Source: Callorhinchus milii
Lineage: Eukaryota
Length of the DNA stretch: 64,000 nucleotides
Direction: 5' to 3'
NCBI RefSeq assembly: GCF_018977255.1
Contig: NW_024704743.1
Coordinates: 46,688,001-46,752,000, forward strand
A model generated the notes under the pieces. It ran no database searches and had not been told where the DNA came from. It saw only the letters and a list, made by a program, of their open reading frames with translations. A program made the translations under genes and the position numbers. Of this stretch, positions 1 through 12,101 are shown in pieces (positions within the stretch are counted from its first letter, which is position 1; each line of letters opens with the position of its first letter).

Positions 1-1447
1 GTTGTATACCAGTATTAATATTGCAGAAGGAATATAGATTCGGTCAAAGTGATAAAAGGCCAATTACTATAGATTTATTCGGGGAGTACAGTATTTTCTT
101 AGTTTATTTGTATTTTGAACAAGGTCCAGCAACGATAAAGCGATTCACAATGAGTACCAAAGTAGACAAAGAAAAAAAGAAAAAAATCAAAAATACTTTT
201 TTCAACATTTTGGACCTTAATAAAAATAAATAATAATCCTTGTATATGATACAGCACCTTATCATGTCATTGAGACTTCTCAAAGCACTTCACGGAATAT
301 ATTGTAAACTGAATTGACAGTGTATTTGTCGGCGAAATATCTTCACAATCTAACATAGCAGTGAATCAGCCAGCAGGTCTGCAGAAGCTGCAGTCCTCCC
401 ATCAGTGCAGCAACAGTGTGAGTGGCTCAGCCAGGGTTAGAGAATGGAATTGGTTCCCAAGGGTAGGGTGAAAGGGAATGTTCATGAACCTGGCCTCCTG
501 CCTAGACACCTTCAATGTTATTCAGGATAGAGAACCAGAGACTCATAATTTCTCCTAGTCTAAGCCTAAAGACCATTGTCTTAAAGTCTAAGATTATAAT
601 GATTATCAATTTAATTTGGGAGCTGGGCTTCTGTAGATATTTATAAAAAGTAGGTAAAAAGAATCCAACTTAAGAGTGGAATTAAAGGATTTTGTAAAAT
701 TAAGTACAATCTTAAACAATCATCTTAAGGCTAAGACCAGGAGAAATTCTGGGTCTGAGGCATATAGGAATTTAGTTGTGAATATGCCTTTCTTTTGCAG
801 TCTGATATTAGAGTATAATCATTCAGTAACTCCTAAATCACAGCTTTAAGTTATGTATTCATAGCAGTTACATGCAGTGATGATGTAATTATTATTAATA
901 GAGTACTGTAAAAAAAGGCTGAAAATGTTGGTGATCAAAAATAAATATGACAAAGCAACAGTTAAAAATAAAGATTTTAAAAATAAAGCCATTCAACACT
1001 ATAGAGGTTATTATTTACTTGTAGGTAAATTGACCACAGTGCATTATTCAATACTCGTCGGAAACATTATTGACCTTTGGTGATGTGTGCTTACAATGGA
1101 TACTGTGGCAAAGGTCAATATATATGTTGATAAGAGTAGAATAATTTACCAAAAGACCACGGCCTCTGCAGTATGTATGAGTGAATTCTAAAATACTTAT
1201 AATGAAATCCAGTCTATTGGTTACAGCAGTATAATGTCCCATTGATATTTCAGGTTAGTTTAACGCTTATACCTGCTTTGGAACAATGCACACTGATATC
1301 ATCAAGTTGGACTCGAGCAAAGTAGAGCTCAGAAAATTCATAATTGCACTTATGTTTCAGTGTTTATGAAGTGCCAGTACCACTGTGGGCTCTTTACTAA
1401 GCTCTATTAATGCCTCTATTGTCAATTAGATTCAATGTATCTCCATT

Positions 1448-1810
1448 GTGAAGTGCTGTAGGTCAGTGGTTAGAGCACTTGCCTCGCAAGCGAGAGACCT
1501 GCGTTCGCTTCCCAGCAGGGTGAAATGTTGGGCAAGTTTCCTTACTCCACATGCCTCTGTTTACCTCATAGTAAGTAGGAATCCAGTTGTTAGTCGCTTT
1601 TCCGGGGGTAATAATCCATTAAAAAATAATAATTTGATCACTCAATGTATGACTGAGATTGAGTGGGACACTGCTGTGTGCAATTGACTGCCACATTTTG
1701 CCCACAAAATATAAAGTCAATTCACTTTACGGTATATTCTGTGAAGCACTTTGAGGCATCTTGAAAACATAACAAGGCGCTATATCAAATGCAAGTATTA
1801 TTATTATTAT
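1448..1810 (+). mobile_element. tRNA-headed SINE, long subfamily, Deu-like core and L2-type 3' tail
   Basis: Degenerate A/B-box head, the tctgtttacc...gtaagtagga segment, core ctgtgtgcaattgactgcc, tail gcgctatatcaaatgcaag(TTA)n. Confidence 0.85.
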
Positions 1811-2534
1811 AAACATTATAAATTTTAAATTGAATGGTTTGCTTGACAATGTCTGCAGGTACACTGCAGCTTATCCAAAGTTAGAGCTGGTTTCATATTG
1901 TTTTTGTACTTTTAAGTCAATTTGCAGAATTGATGTTGATTCACTCTAAATCGTCCAAATGAAAGTGTGTTCATGTTTTGCCACATTAGAGCACTCCAAA
2001 CAGATGCAGCTCGTCTGGAGTAATTAATGCTCAGCATAGGATTAGTAGAAAGTATATCACCAAGCAAAGTCAAAATTATACAGTCCATTATCACGGTTCA
2101 CAAGTTCAGTTTCAAATGTTTTAAATGGAACTCATGTTCAGTTTCAAGGGAGGCTCTGATGAGAGATAAATCATTAAGGACAAACCATATTGAAACCAGG
2201 GCAGAAAGAGCATGAGAAAATATTGCACTGTTTCCCGGCTCTAGAAAACTTCCTCGGTCCACCCTATGCTCATCAGACTTTACTCTTTGCCCCAGCTCAA
2301 GACATTAGTTATACATAATGCCAAATGCAGATAAAACATCCCATATTAATATGGTTTGGTTAATGCTTAATGCTTTTTCAGCCTGAGCTCCTTCTCTAAC
2401 ATGGCAATCCTTCAGTCAGAATAGTGGGAATAGGTTTGATTGAAGTTCAAGCAATAGAAGACATCAAACGTAGCACCAATGAACACAGACAATTTATTTA
2501 CAGTATTACAACACAATGCATTCTCAATCTCCAG

Positions 2535-2900
2535 ACAGCCCCGATGGTATAGTGGATCAGCATCAGCCTACTGACCAGTAGCTCGCTGGTTTGTTGACTT
2601 CAGTGAGGGCTGTTTCAAGAGTCTAAATTGGCCCTGGCTTTTCCTGGATTAGGGAGGTTTAAATCAACAGGATAAGCATTCCTGGTCCCTCTAGCACCCT
2701 CTACTAGTGATGAATGTGCGTGATAGACAGGGGTGAGAGAGGTGGGCTCAGCTCAGACATCCTCTGTGGTCGAGTGGGCAGCCAATACTTACTGCCAAGG
2801 CTCACACATGAATAGTGACCACTTTGGGTATGGGGTGGGGGCAGTGCCATGGAACCACACCACAGCATGAAGAGGATGGAGATCAGGAGCAGAAGCATAC
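2535..2900 (+). mobile_element. Old SINE, AmnSINE2-like
   Basis: Motifs gggctcagc...ggtcgag...cttactgccaaggctcacacatgaatagtgaccacttt resemble the AmnSINE2 body as I recall it. A related inverted copy lies at about 34590-34950. Confidence 0.45.
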
Positions 2901-3784
2901 ACCAGTGGGGAGAAATTTGGAAACATTATTTTTTTAAATGAATTTGAGATAAGCAGTGTTACACTTCTAATCCAACTTCAAGTTTATCAGGCACAACTAA
3001 CTTTTAATCTACCCCTATGATCAGATTTAGGTGCAGGTGGAGTAGCAGCAGACTTTTTTACAATAGAGAGCAGTCCTATGTGGAAATCCCTCTTATTTAA
3101 TCTGTGCAATGCTTCTCTCTCTGGATGACCTCTATGTGGCATTATACTTCAAGTACAGTACCAGCTGCTGAACTCAGGGCTTGCTGACAAGAGCACAACC
3201 AGGAGAGAATGAGCACGGTTAGAGAAAGCGAGAGAAAGACAGGAGTTTGCCTTTCAACCTGGTTTCTTTCCCAGTATGTGTTTAGCAGAGATAGCATTGG
3301 GTGATATGGTGATCTGTATGTTAGGGTAAAGGCCGGGCAATCGAGCTTTTCCGCACAGCTCTGCTGAGATCAACAAACCAGTGAGCTACTGGCGAGCCAC
3401 ACCAACCCCCCTCCCCCTCCCCACCTCATTATTCTCATTACTATAGTACATGGAGATTCCATTTGCTCTTTTGAACCCAGTGATCTCCTCCAGCTCTATT
3501 CCATTGAGCATCTGAGCATCCCCTCCCTTCCTCTGCTATTTTAGGTCTGAGAATGGAATGAGATCAGGAATAATGCAATTTTACATTTCACAGTAAAATT
3601 CCTGTGAAGCACTTGGAGATTTCATAAAAGGCATTATATTAAATGAGGATTATTATTATTATTTTGACTCCTTGCATGTTAATATGTCTGATGTGATGAT
3701 GGTCCTATGAATACTGAAAGTGAAAGATACAGGGCTCTGCCAATTGATGTGATTTCAGTGAAAATTACAATCAGCGCTTATACT

Positions 3785-4232
3785 AATGGCACAATAGGTA
3801 AGTAATCATTCAAGCAAGGGAGAGGGAAAAGGGGAGATGGGCAAGTGGCCATAGAGGTAGTCAAAGAGGTAGCTTTGAAGGCGGGTTTGAAAGATAGAAA
3901 GAGGTGGTGAAACAGAGGGATAAAGGGAGTGAGTTGCAGAGGTAAGGGGCATATTAGCTGAAATCTTAACCACTGTTGGTGGCACGTTGGAGGCAAGTGA
4001 GACCCAGCAAGCCCAACTTAGCCACAGGAGGGAGCAAGCCTAGGAATAGGGTAGAAGATCACAGATATAGGGAGGTGCCAGAGTATGAAGGGACTTACAG
4101 GTGAGGGTGAGGAACCTGTAATCAATCTGTTGGAAGACAGGAAGACAGTGGAACCTGAGAAGGATTGGGATGATGGGTGTGCAGAGTTTGCTGCTGGTGA
4201 GGATGCGGTATCGAAGTTTAGGATTAGCATAA
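3785..4232 (-). mobile_element. L2-clade LINE 3' fragment (degenerate ORF2 C-terminus)
   Basis: Minus-strand remnants RILTSSKLCTPIIPILLRFHCLPVFQQIDYR...LAPPY, typical of the L2 ORF2 C-terminus. Confidence 0.7.
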
Positions 4233-5211
4233 TTCATTTACTTTCTCAGAAGATCTTCAATACAATTCCACATGTGAGGCTTTCAAGAAACATTAGGCTC
4301 AGACAATTAATGTAAAATGAATTACCTGCATTGAAAACTGGTTTAGCAATTAAACCTAATGAGACAATAAATGGCTGCAGGAGTAATGGTCGTCTCAGAT
4401 CATTTAAATATCTCACTAGTAGTCAGGAACGGGGGAGAAATGCTTCATGCGAACACGGGTATTTAAGTACAATATTCATGTGTGGAGATTATTATTCCTC
4501 GAGTAATAACAATGTAGGTAGAGATTGAAAACACAGCAAGCTCCCTGCCTGTATTGCTGTGATAGTAGAACACATACTGCAATACAAAAGTGGCATTCAT
4601 GTGTACAACATTTATTTCTTTTGAGTTTTGAGTTTGCTTGGAGTTTAATGGAAACAGATCTCTTGTAGACACTGAACACTGTGTTAACACTACACATCAC
4701 TCCCCAATGTAACTTGTTAATTTACAAAGGATTCAATAAGGCACTTTAGAATAAGACATTGAAATGTATACATGCAGTTTAATCTGTCTTATTTTTGTGA
4801 ATTACTTTAATAACTATTATTACTTTGAGATAATTTTTATTACAGCAAGTGCAAAACGTGTTTGGTTAATTATTCTGGGGAGATTCTGAGAAAGAGATGG
4901 CATCCATGTATGATAGCTTCACATGAACAGCTCCTCAGCTAAGCACACACATTAACTATCTAAACTTGCAGTGCCTCTCGTACTGAGCTGGATTGATATG
5001 ACAATGGCATAGCATCAGTGGAGTAAAACTAACTTATATCAACACATTTAAAATGTAGCATTAAACACATTTGGAAACCTTGACGAACAAGACAAGGACT
5101 TGACTGACAAGGATTGATACTGGCTTGTATAATTTTGCTTCATTTTTTAATAATAAGGGAAACTTCAATTAATATGGAGGAAGGCTACAAATACGTTTAC
5201 AGATGTTGGCA

Positions 5212-5550
5212 ACAACAATTTGCATTTATATGGCACCCTTAATGTTGAGGTAGAGTCTTGACATGTGAAGTTTGACATGGAGCCACAGAGAGAAAGGAGG
5301 TGACCGTAGGCACATTTAAAGAGAAAGGACTTCAGCTGTGATCTGAAGACTTGTAAAGAGGGGGCAAAACGGAGGGTTTGAGGCAGAGAGTTTTGGGCGT
5401 AGTGTCTTAAAAAAGAATGGCGGCTGTTGATGGAGCAGAAGGGACAGGAAGGCTGCAGCCAGCTGAGTGAAGGAAGCAGATAGAGTGGGGTGTAAGCAGA
5501 GGTAGTGAGGTGCCAGGACATGATGGATGAGAACATTGTATTCTCCACTA
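5212..5550 (-). mobile_element. L2 LINE 3' end
   Basis: NSLPQTLRFAPSLQVFRSQLKSFLF followed by the tail gtgccatataaatgcaaattgttgttg. Confidence 0.75.
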
Positions 5551-5904
5551 GTCAATAAATTCACAGACTTTGAAAGTGTGAGTTTATAACATATCTAATA
5601 CTAAATTCTCATTGTGAAAATCTGTAAATCTATGGATCAGCAGAGAGTACAGTGTTCCCATCTTTCAAGGCCCATAAATTGACAGATAATTGGGGAATCA
5701 ATCCCTTTGTTTACTTTATGAACTGTGTTGCAATACTAAATTGCTGCTTTTTAAAAGCAAGACATTGAAGAGGAATTGCCTTTTAAGATCATTCTATTTC
5801 ATTGTTCCAATATCTGGTTTCCTTTCTCCTTAAACAGAAACATTCTGAGCTGCAGCAACTACAAGAAGGTAATGTGTTGATTGTATTTTCCTTTTATGAT
5901 GTAG

Positions 5905-6014
5905 CACTGACGGCTGTGGAACACAAGAAAAGAAGCACTAACAAATGTTGTCTATTGACCCCTCCACCACCCCCAATGCTTCCACCACCCTTCTTCAGTG
6001 AACGCAAAATTCTT
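5905..6014 (+). CDS. COLQ: COLQ exon 2: proline-rich attachment domain (PRAD)
   Basis: gtag|CA...CTT|gtgagt; encodes (A)LTAVEHKKRSTNKCCLLTPPPPPMLPPPFFSERKIL. The CC-LLTPPPPP-x-x-PPPFF motif is diagnostic. Confidence 0.97.
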
Positions 6015-6088
6015 GTGAGTACCACTGAGTTTCTTAATGCCATGCCATGGCTCCGACCTGCGTGGTTCCCACTTGTTGCATTACTCAG

Positions 6089-6212
6089 GTGACTGATCCG
6101 AGCTCTACTGATCTTGTTATGTTGGTGACTGTTCTGAGCACCGTTAACCCCACTTATGTATCTGATGATCCAAGCTCCACTAATCCCATTATGTGAGTGA
6201 CTGGTCGGAGTT
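6089..6212. repeat. Degenerate ~36-bp minisatellite (about 3.5 units)
   Basis: Units gtgactgatccgagctctactgatcttgttatgttg / gtgactgttctgagcaccgttaaccccacttatgtat / ctgatgatccaagctccactaatcccattatgtga / gtgactggtcggag. Confidence 0.6.
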
Positions 6213-7631
6213 TCATTCCAGGATTACTCACCTTTGTGAGTGTTGGCTCATCATTTGCAGATTTCAACAGGCATTGCCTTGCATTCTATAACAGCTGGAA
6301 AAAAAGGCTTTGAAGATAGATTTTAAAGCTAAGACACTGCTGTGAACTGCACTGCACTGAGTATAAATACACTTGATGAAGATTATCTAGTGATGTATGA
6401 GGGTAGGTTACCAAAGTACTGTGCCATGGAATGCACACTGTGAATTCCCAATCAAGCCAGGCTCCTCACCATATCACTGTAAGGCACTTATCTTCAGGGT
6501 ACTATGTATACTATGTATTGTCACTCCTAGTCAGGGAGCATGACAAAGGCAGAGATCTGCAGCAGAGCCCAAAATTCCTTATTGCCTTAGCTGCATAATC
6601 ATTTTCAGAATTGCAAATTCTGCACAAGTTCTTGTTATAACTGTGGGATATTGGCTTCCAAGTAAGATTGCATTTAAGAATTTTGCAAAGTTCTGTGGGA
6701 TCTTAGGCTTTAAAGTAAATACTGTGCGAACATTTAGGGGTTTAGTTCCTTATGGCGAATCTTTCAGGTGGGAGTGGCATGTGAGTAAGACGGACTATTA
6801 TTTAATGAGGTTAAACCTAATAGGGGGAAAGAGTCTGACGTTGAAAAATCTTTTTCAATTTGGTACAAGGTTGCCACTGAAGCTTATGAAGGGAAATGAC
6901 CCTGAGTTTGATGAATGGTATCCACAGTGTTATAAAATACTGAATTGTTTCCCATGACAGCTGATTATGATGTTTAAACATCACTAACTGTCTGCAGCAT
7001 TTGGACGGGACGCTAACCAGCCGCACCATTTACTGTATTAATGAGTCAATGTTTATAGGAGCCAGTTGCGATGTTTGTATAACAGCAAATATTTTAATGG
7101 TATTTATCCGTCTGCAGTTGTTAGATAATAATGTTTGAACTGCTCTTTAACTCATGATTGAGTTAAATCCTTGTTAAAAAATCATGGCACCATGTGCAGG
7201 AATGCACATTTAAAAAGAGAAGGGAGTTTCTCCCAGAGACCTAGCCAACAATAGACCTCTCTCCCCCCAAAAAATGGTTCATTGGCTTGTGGAACATTTC
7301 TGTGTACAAATTGGCTACTGATTTGCTTATAAAATACACACTTTATAGTGTATCCTGTGAAGCGTTTTGAAACATCTTCCCAAAGTAAAAGGAGCTATAT
7401 CAAATGTAACGATTATTGTTAAATGTAAAGATTATTATTAAATTTAAGGATGGTTTTGGTTGCACATTTCAATGCTGACTATTGCAGTCAGTAGAGGTTT
7501 TCATGATCAAATAGCTATTGAGGCTTAGACCAAAATGACATTTAAAAGGGAATTTTGAAGGGGAACAATATACATAAAATATATATACCAGCATATAAAA
7601 CATTCGTTTCATATCCCCATTCCTATTTGCC

Positions 7632-7885
7632 TCACCATTGGCAGTCAGACTTTCAGCCTCTTTGCTCCTACTCTCTGGATCTCCGTCCAGGAGTTCCTTC
7701 CGACTTGTTCACTCTATCAGCTCATTCAAGGTTCGTCTCAAAACCTGCCTCTTTGACCGTGCCATTGGTCATCTTTCCCCTCCACATCCCTGTCAACTCT
7801 CACCCCCCCACACCCAAGCACAGGTGCTCAGCCAGTACTGCTAAGTACTTTGGGCATCTTCCCAAAGTGAAAGGCGCTACTATAT
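7632..7885 (+). mobile_element. L2 LINE 3' end
   Basis: SISSFKVRLKTCLFDRAI, then gggcatcttcccaaagtgaaaggcgcta tail. Confidence 0.75.
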
Positions 7886-9844
7886 AAACATAAATTTGTA
7901 TTGTAATATAAGAGTGTGTGGGAAGGTAGCTAGAAATTGAGATTAGAACACATAGTTTAAGTGGAGAAATTGGCACCAGAGGCTCGAATGACACCTGCCT
8001 TTCTGTGCTGTAATTTCTATGATTCACTGGTGCTCCTATTATCTTAAAGAAGGAAACAGTATCTTTGACTATCACACAATGACTAACTGGAGGGTTGCAT
8101 AAGGATCTCGACTGTTCTTTTCAAAATTCCAAAACATTCCTTCAAAGTTCAGACTGAATTCAACAATTTACCAAATCCTGCACATGCTAAAATGCTAAGG
8201 CAATATAGTACATCTAGACCTGGGAGAAATTTCTTGCCTTCTTCCCTTCCCTCCCCCCCAGGAATTTGTGCTGGAGGATCATGGTAGAAAAATTGCCTAT
8301 CTTTGCCGTTTAGTGCTTGTTGAAGTTGTTTGCTTCATGGAAAAATTATAGTTGAGCTGCTGAAACAATTTTCACTTTGAAGTGAAAAACAAGGAATAGA
8401 ATAGAATGAATTGCCCTGTATAAAAACATTGGAAATGATTTGAAATGATGCTAATAAAACGAAAAAGGAACGCTAAATAATTGCTTTGAATTTACCTATT
8501 CAGTTCTTCTCACTGTTGACGTGCATTAAAATGATGGGAGCAGTGAGGCATGACACTCAGGAAGCATTAAATATACATTTCAAGTAACAGTGCTGCTGTT
8601 TATATTACTAAAAAAAACATGTAAAACAATGTAATGTAAAATATCCAATAACAAAGGTGATGGAAAACATGCTATTTCAATCTTCTGCAACTATTATTTA
8701 ATGACTTTGTAATGTTGAGCAGGTTTCTTTAAGTGTAAATATTTTTTTCCTTGTATCCATAAACGGGTCTTTGAGGCCAAACCTGCATGTGCCAACCCAG
8801 TACTGTCTGATCTCTGCTGTGCTCAGTCAGCAGTAAACGTGTTACAATGGCTCAGCCCACTGGCAGTCTAGCTTTTGACCTTCCATTCCCTCTAGGAGTT
8901 TATGAACGACAGCCATAAAGGCTGAACAGGCTATAAAATTATCAACTGGTTTTAATTAGTTGACAGCATTGACATGGTACAGCGAAAAAAGACCTTGGGA
9001 AGTTAAGTGTAGAGAGGTGAAATGTGCACTGGGAAATTATTGATAAAGACATATTTATGAAAGTCGCTATTCGGGAAACGGCTTCTCCTCATAATGGCAG
9101 AAGGATCAGATCCTCACTTTCTGTCTGTGGATATGTTAGGGGACACATCAACTCAAACACGGGATCTGAAGAGCAATTTCTGACTTTCCTTTAACAAGTT
9201 CAGAACTATTTGACAGGAAATGGAAATATCTCTATTTCTGTTTTACCCTATGAGGTGCATGACCTGTCGAATGAGCTTGAATGTACCCAAATATCTAGTG
9301 CCACTGGAAATGTTGGCCTTCCCTGGGACGCCACTTTATTTTGGCCAACACTGAAAGCAGGGCAATCGTTGGGAGGCAGATAATGGTTAGAAGGACATTG
9401 TTTCCCTTTAACAGCCCTTTACCACCACCTACTGCAGTGAGCAGTGCAAGTTTTCTGTATGAGCAGCGGTCAGTGCACTTCTTCAACAGTGACTGTCAGG
9501 CTGGGCAGCCTTTGCAGCAAATATCAGGAGCTGTTCCTTCTCCCAGACCAGTAGAAGCTAAGATGGTGTTCTAAAGTTTGGAATAATGAGTTGTACGTCA
9601 GTTGTTGTTTTCGTCCGATGACCCTCTCCCACCACACCCCCTCCCCCTGCTGATTTTTCTTTCCAATGTGGACGCTTTCATACTACATTCCACACAGATT
9701 ACTTCACTGCAATGGACAAATACCCCTCCACCTGTAATTTTGCTTGCCCAAAGTTCTGGATATTTACACCTGTGGAAACTGCCATATACTAATAATGGGA
9801 GCATTAATCATTTTCCTCGTGCAACCTTTCTCTATGGTCACATG

Positions 9845-10030
9845 ATAATAATAATAATAATCCTTGCATTTGATATGGTGTTGTTGAGACATCTCAAAGC
9901 GTTTTACAGAATATACTGTAAAGTGAATTGACTGTATATTTTGTGGGTGAAAACGCGGCAGCCAATTGAGCACAGCAGTGTCCCACAAACAGTCGTGGAT
10001 TGAGTGACTAAATTATTATTATTTTTTGTG
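9845..10030 (-). mobile_element. 5'-truncated SINE (Deu core plus tail)
   Basis: (AAT)n ccttgcatttgatat...gcggcagccaattgagcacagcagtgtcccacaaacag. Confidence 0.85.
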
Positions 10031-10574
10031 GGGGTATGTTGTTTTGTCGAAATATCTTAAACCACTGAAGGCGAAATAATTTTTCATGGTTATAAAATGT
10101 GAGCAAGGCGATTTGCACTGTACTAGAAAGTGCCTTTTGTTATTTCCTAGTTAGGTATTATTATCTTTCATTATTCATATATATATTTCATGTGCTCTGT
10201 ACTAATTAAATGTCTTGTAACTAAAACACTAAAACTTAGATTATAGTTTACTTGTCATTTCTGAAAATGGTGATTGTGTTGTGTGGTGGGAGCAGGTGTC
10301 ATGCACCTATCTGTGCAATAAAACGTATGTCAGGCAGCCTTATTCTACTCCCCAATGATCTAGTCTGTGGACTTGTCACACACTAGGCTTTGTTTAGTTG
10401 TGTGGTTGTGACTCTTCCCATTTGATGGATAATGCTATAAGCAGTGAATATTTCGATGCTACTGACCTAGCACAAATAAACATGTCTAATTCCCATTATT
10501 TCTCAATGTTTGGCTGCTGGAATTTCTCTCTCTTCTGTCTCTATGACATTTTGTTTAATGTCTTTGTTTCTTAG

Positions 10575-10673
10575 CAACTCAACGAAGATTTGAAACATTT
10601 AGCTTTGGAAGTAAAGACAGCTGAATCTGAAGTATCAGGTACAATTGGTCCTCCTGGGCCTCCAGGCCCCCAG
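10575..10673 (+). CDS. COLQ: COLQ exon 3 (99 nt), start of collagen domain
   Basis: ttag|CAA...CAG|gtaaga; QLNEDLKHLALEVKTAESEVSGTIGPPGPPGPQ. Confidence 0.95.
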
Positions 10674-12101
10674 GTAAGATTAGTTGATAGTTTCAGTTCA
10701 GTACAAATAATCTGAAGCCTGACTCTCCTTCAAACCAAGAATTTGCATTATGCATATCCAAAAAATGCAAATTCCAGGTTTTTCAATGTTTTTATATGTA
10801 TCCCTAGATTTGGTACAAAATAAGGTCACCATATACTATAATGCTGTACAAAAACACATATCAATGTAACATTAAGAACTTCACTGCTACCTGCCAACAT
10901 CTCCCATCCACCGTGCTTGGGAACACTCAATTTTAACCCATTGATATAAAATTTGCAGTGTTCCTTAGAGTATTCCTTGCCTTAAATAGCAAAAAGACCA
11001 TATTAAGAAATACCATAATTAAACCCAATAGACACTGTTTGAATCTTCTCTTAAATGACACAAATTGTTCATGCTCCCCAGGTGTGGGGTGCTTTTGCAG
11101 GTTAACCAGCTAAAGATTGCAACTGTGAACACAATGGTGTTTGTACAAATTGAATCTATCAATAACACCTCTTATAATACCCACTGAGCTTCTTTAGTTA
11201 GCTCTACTTCCCGTCCTAGGAAGTGGATCTTTGTGATGCTAGAGCAGGGTATAATTGAGGAAGGAAGGGGGTCAGCTGGCAGTCAGAGGCTATAAAGAGA
11301 AGCAAAGCAATCGACTATTGCTACTGAACAACATTCACTAAACACAGAGAACATGAGATAACACATCAGAGTTTTACAAATTACGTAACTGAATAGCTGG
11401 AAATGTATGGAATCATTTTTTTCTTCATGCTCAATATTTCACAGAATATTAAATATTGGCAGAACCCGTGTATTCCAACTCTTGGAAAATACCACTTGCA
11501 CAATTGTACAATTTCATAAGAACATAAGAACATAAGAATTAGGAGCAGGAGTAGGCCATTCGGCCCTTCGTGCCTGCTCCGCCATTCAATAAGATCATGG
11601 CTGATCTTCTGACCTAACTCTGATTACCTGCCCTATCCCCATATCCCCTAATCCCTCTATTTTTCAAGAATCTATCAGTCTCAGCCTTGAAAATGTTCAA
11701 GGACTGAGCATCTACAGCCTTCTGGGTAGTGAATTCCATAAGTTCACTACCCTCTGAGTGAAGAAATGTTTCCTCAACTCTGTTCTAAGAGGCTGACCCT
11801 TAATTTTAAGACTGTGACCCCTGGTTATAGATTCTCCTACCAGGGGAAACAGACCCTCAGTGTCTACTTTATCCAGCCCTTTAAGAATCTTATAAGTTTC
11901 AATAAGATCCCCCCTAATTCTTCTGTACTCTGGAGAATACAGCCCTAGTTTATTCAGCCTATCCTCATAGGTCAGTCCCTCATCCCAGGAACTAACCGAG
12001 TGAATCTACGCTGCACCCCCTCTAGGGCAAGTATGTCCTTTTTTTAAATAAGAAGACCAAAACTGCACACAATACTCTAGGTGCGGTCTCACCAAAGCCC
12101 T

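Noticed and set aside
1..5904. COLQ first exon (1 or 1A) with signal peptide, e.g. a candidate near 4440-4517
   Set aside because: No ATG-initiated hydrophobic signal peptide ending in a convincing phase-1 donor; the first exon is probably upstream of the window
5802..6092. 96-aa ORF as a standalone PRAD/PRiMA-like gene
   Set aside because: It is intronic read-through around COLQ exon 2; splice sites and downstream collagen exons establish COLQ
11515..11538. Short tandem repeats (CATAAGAA)n as a CRISPR-like array
   Set aside because: This is the standard CR1 3' terminal repeat; there are no spacers and the context is eukaryotic
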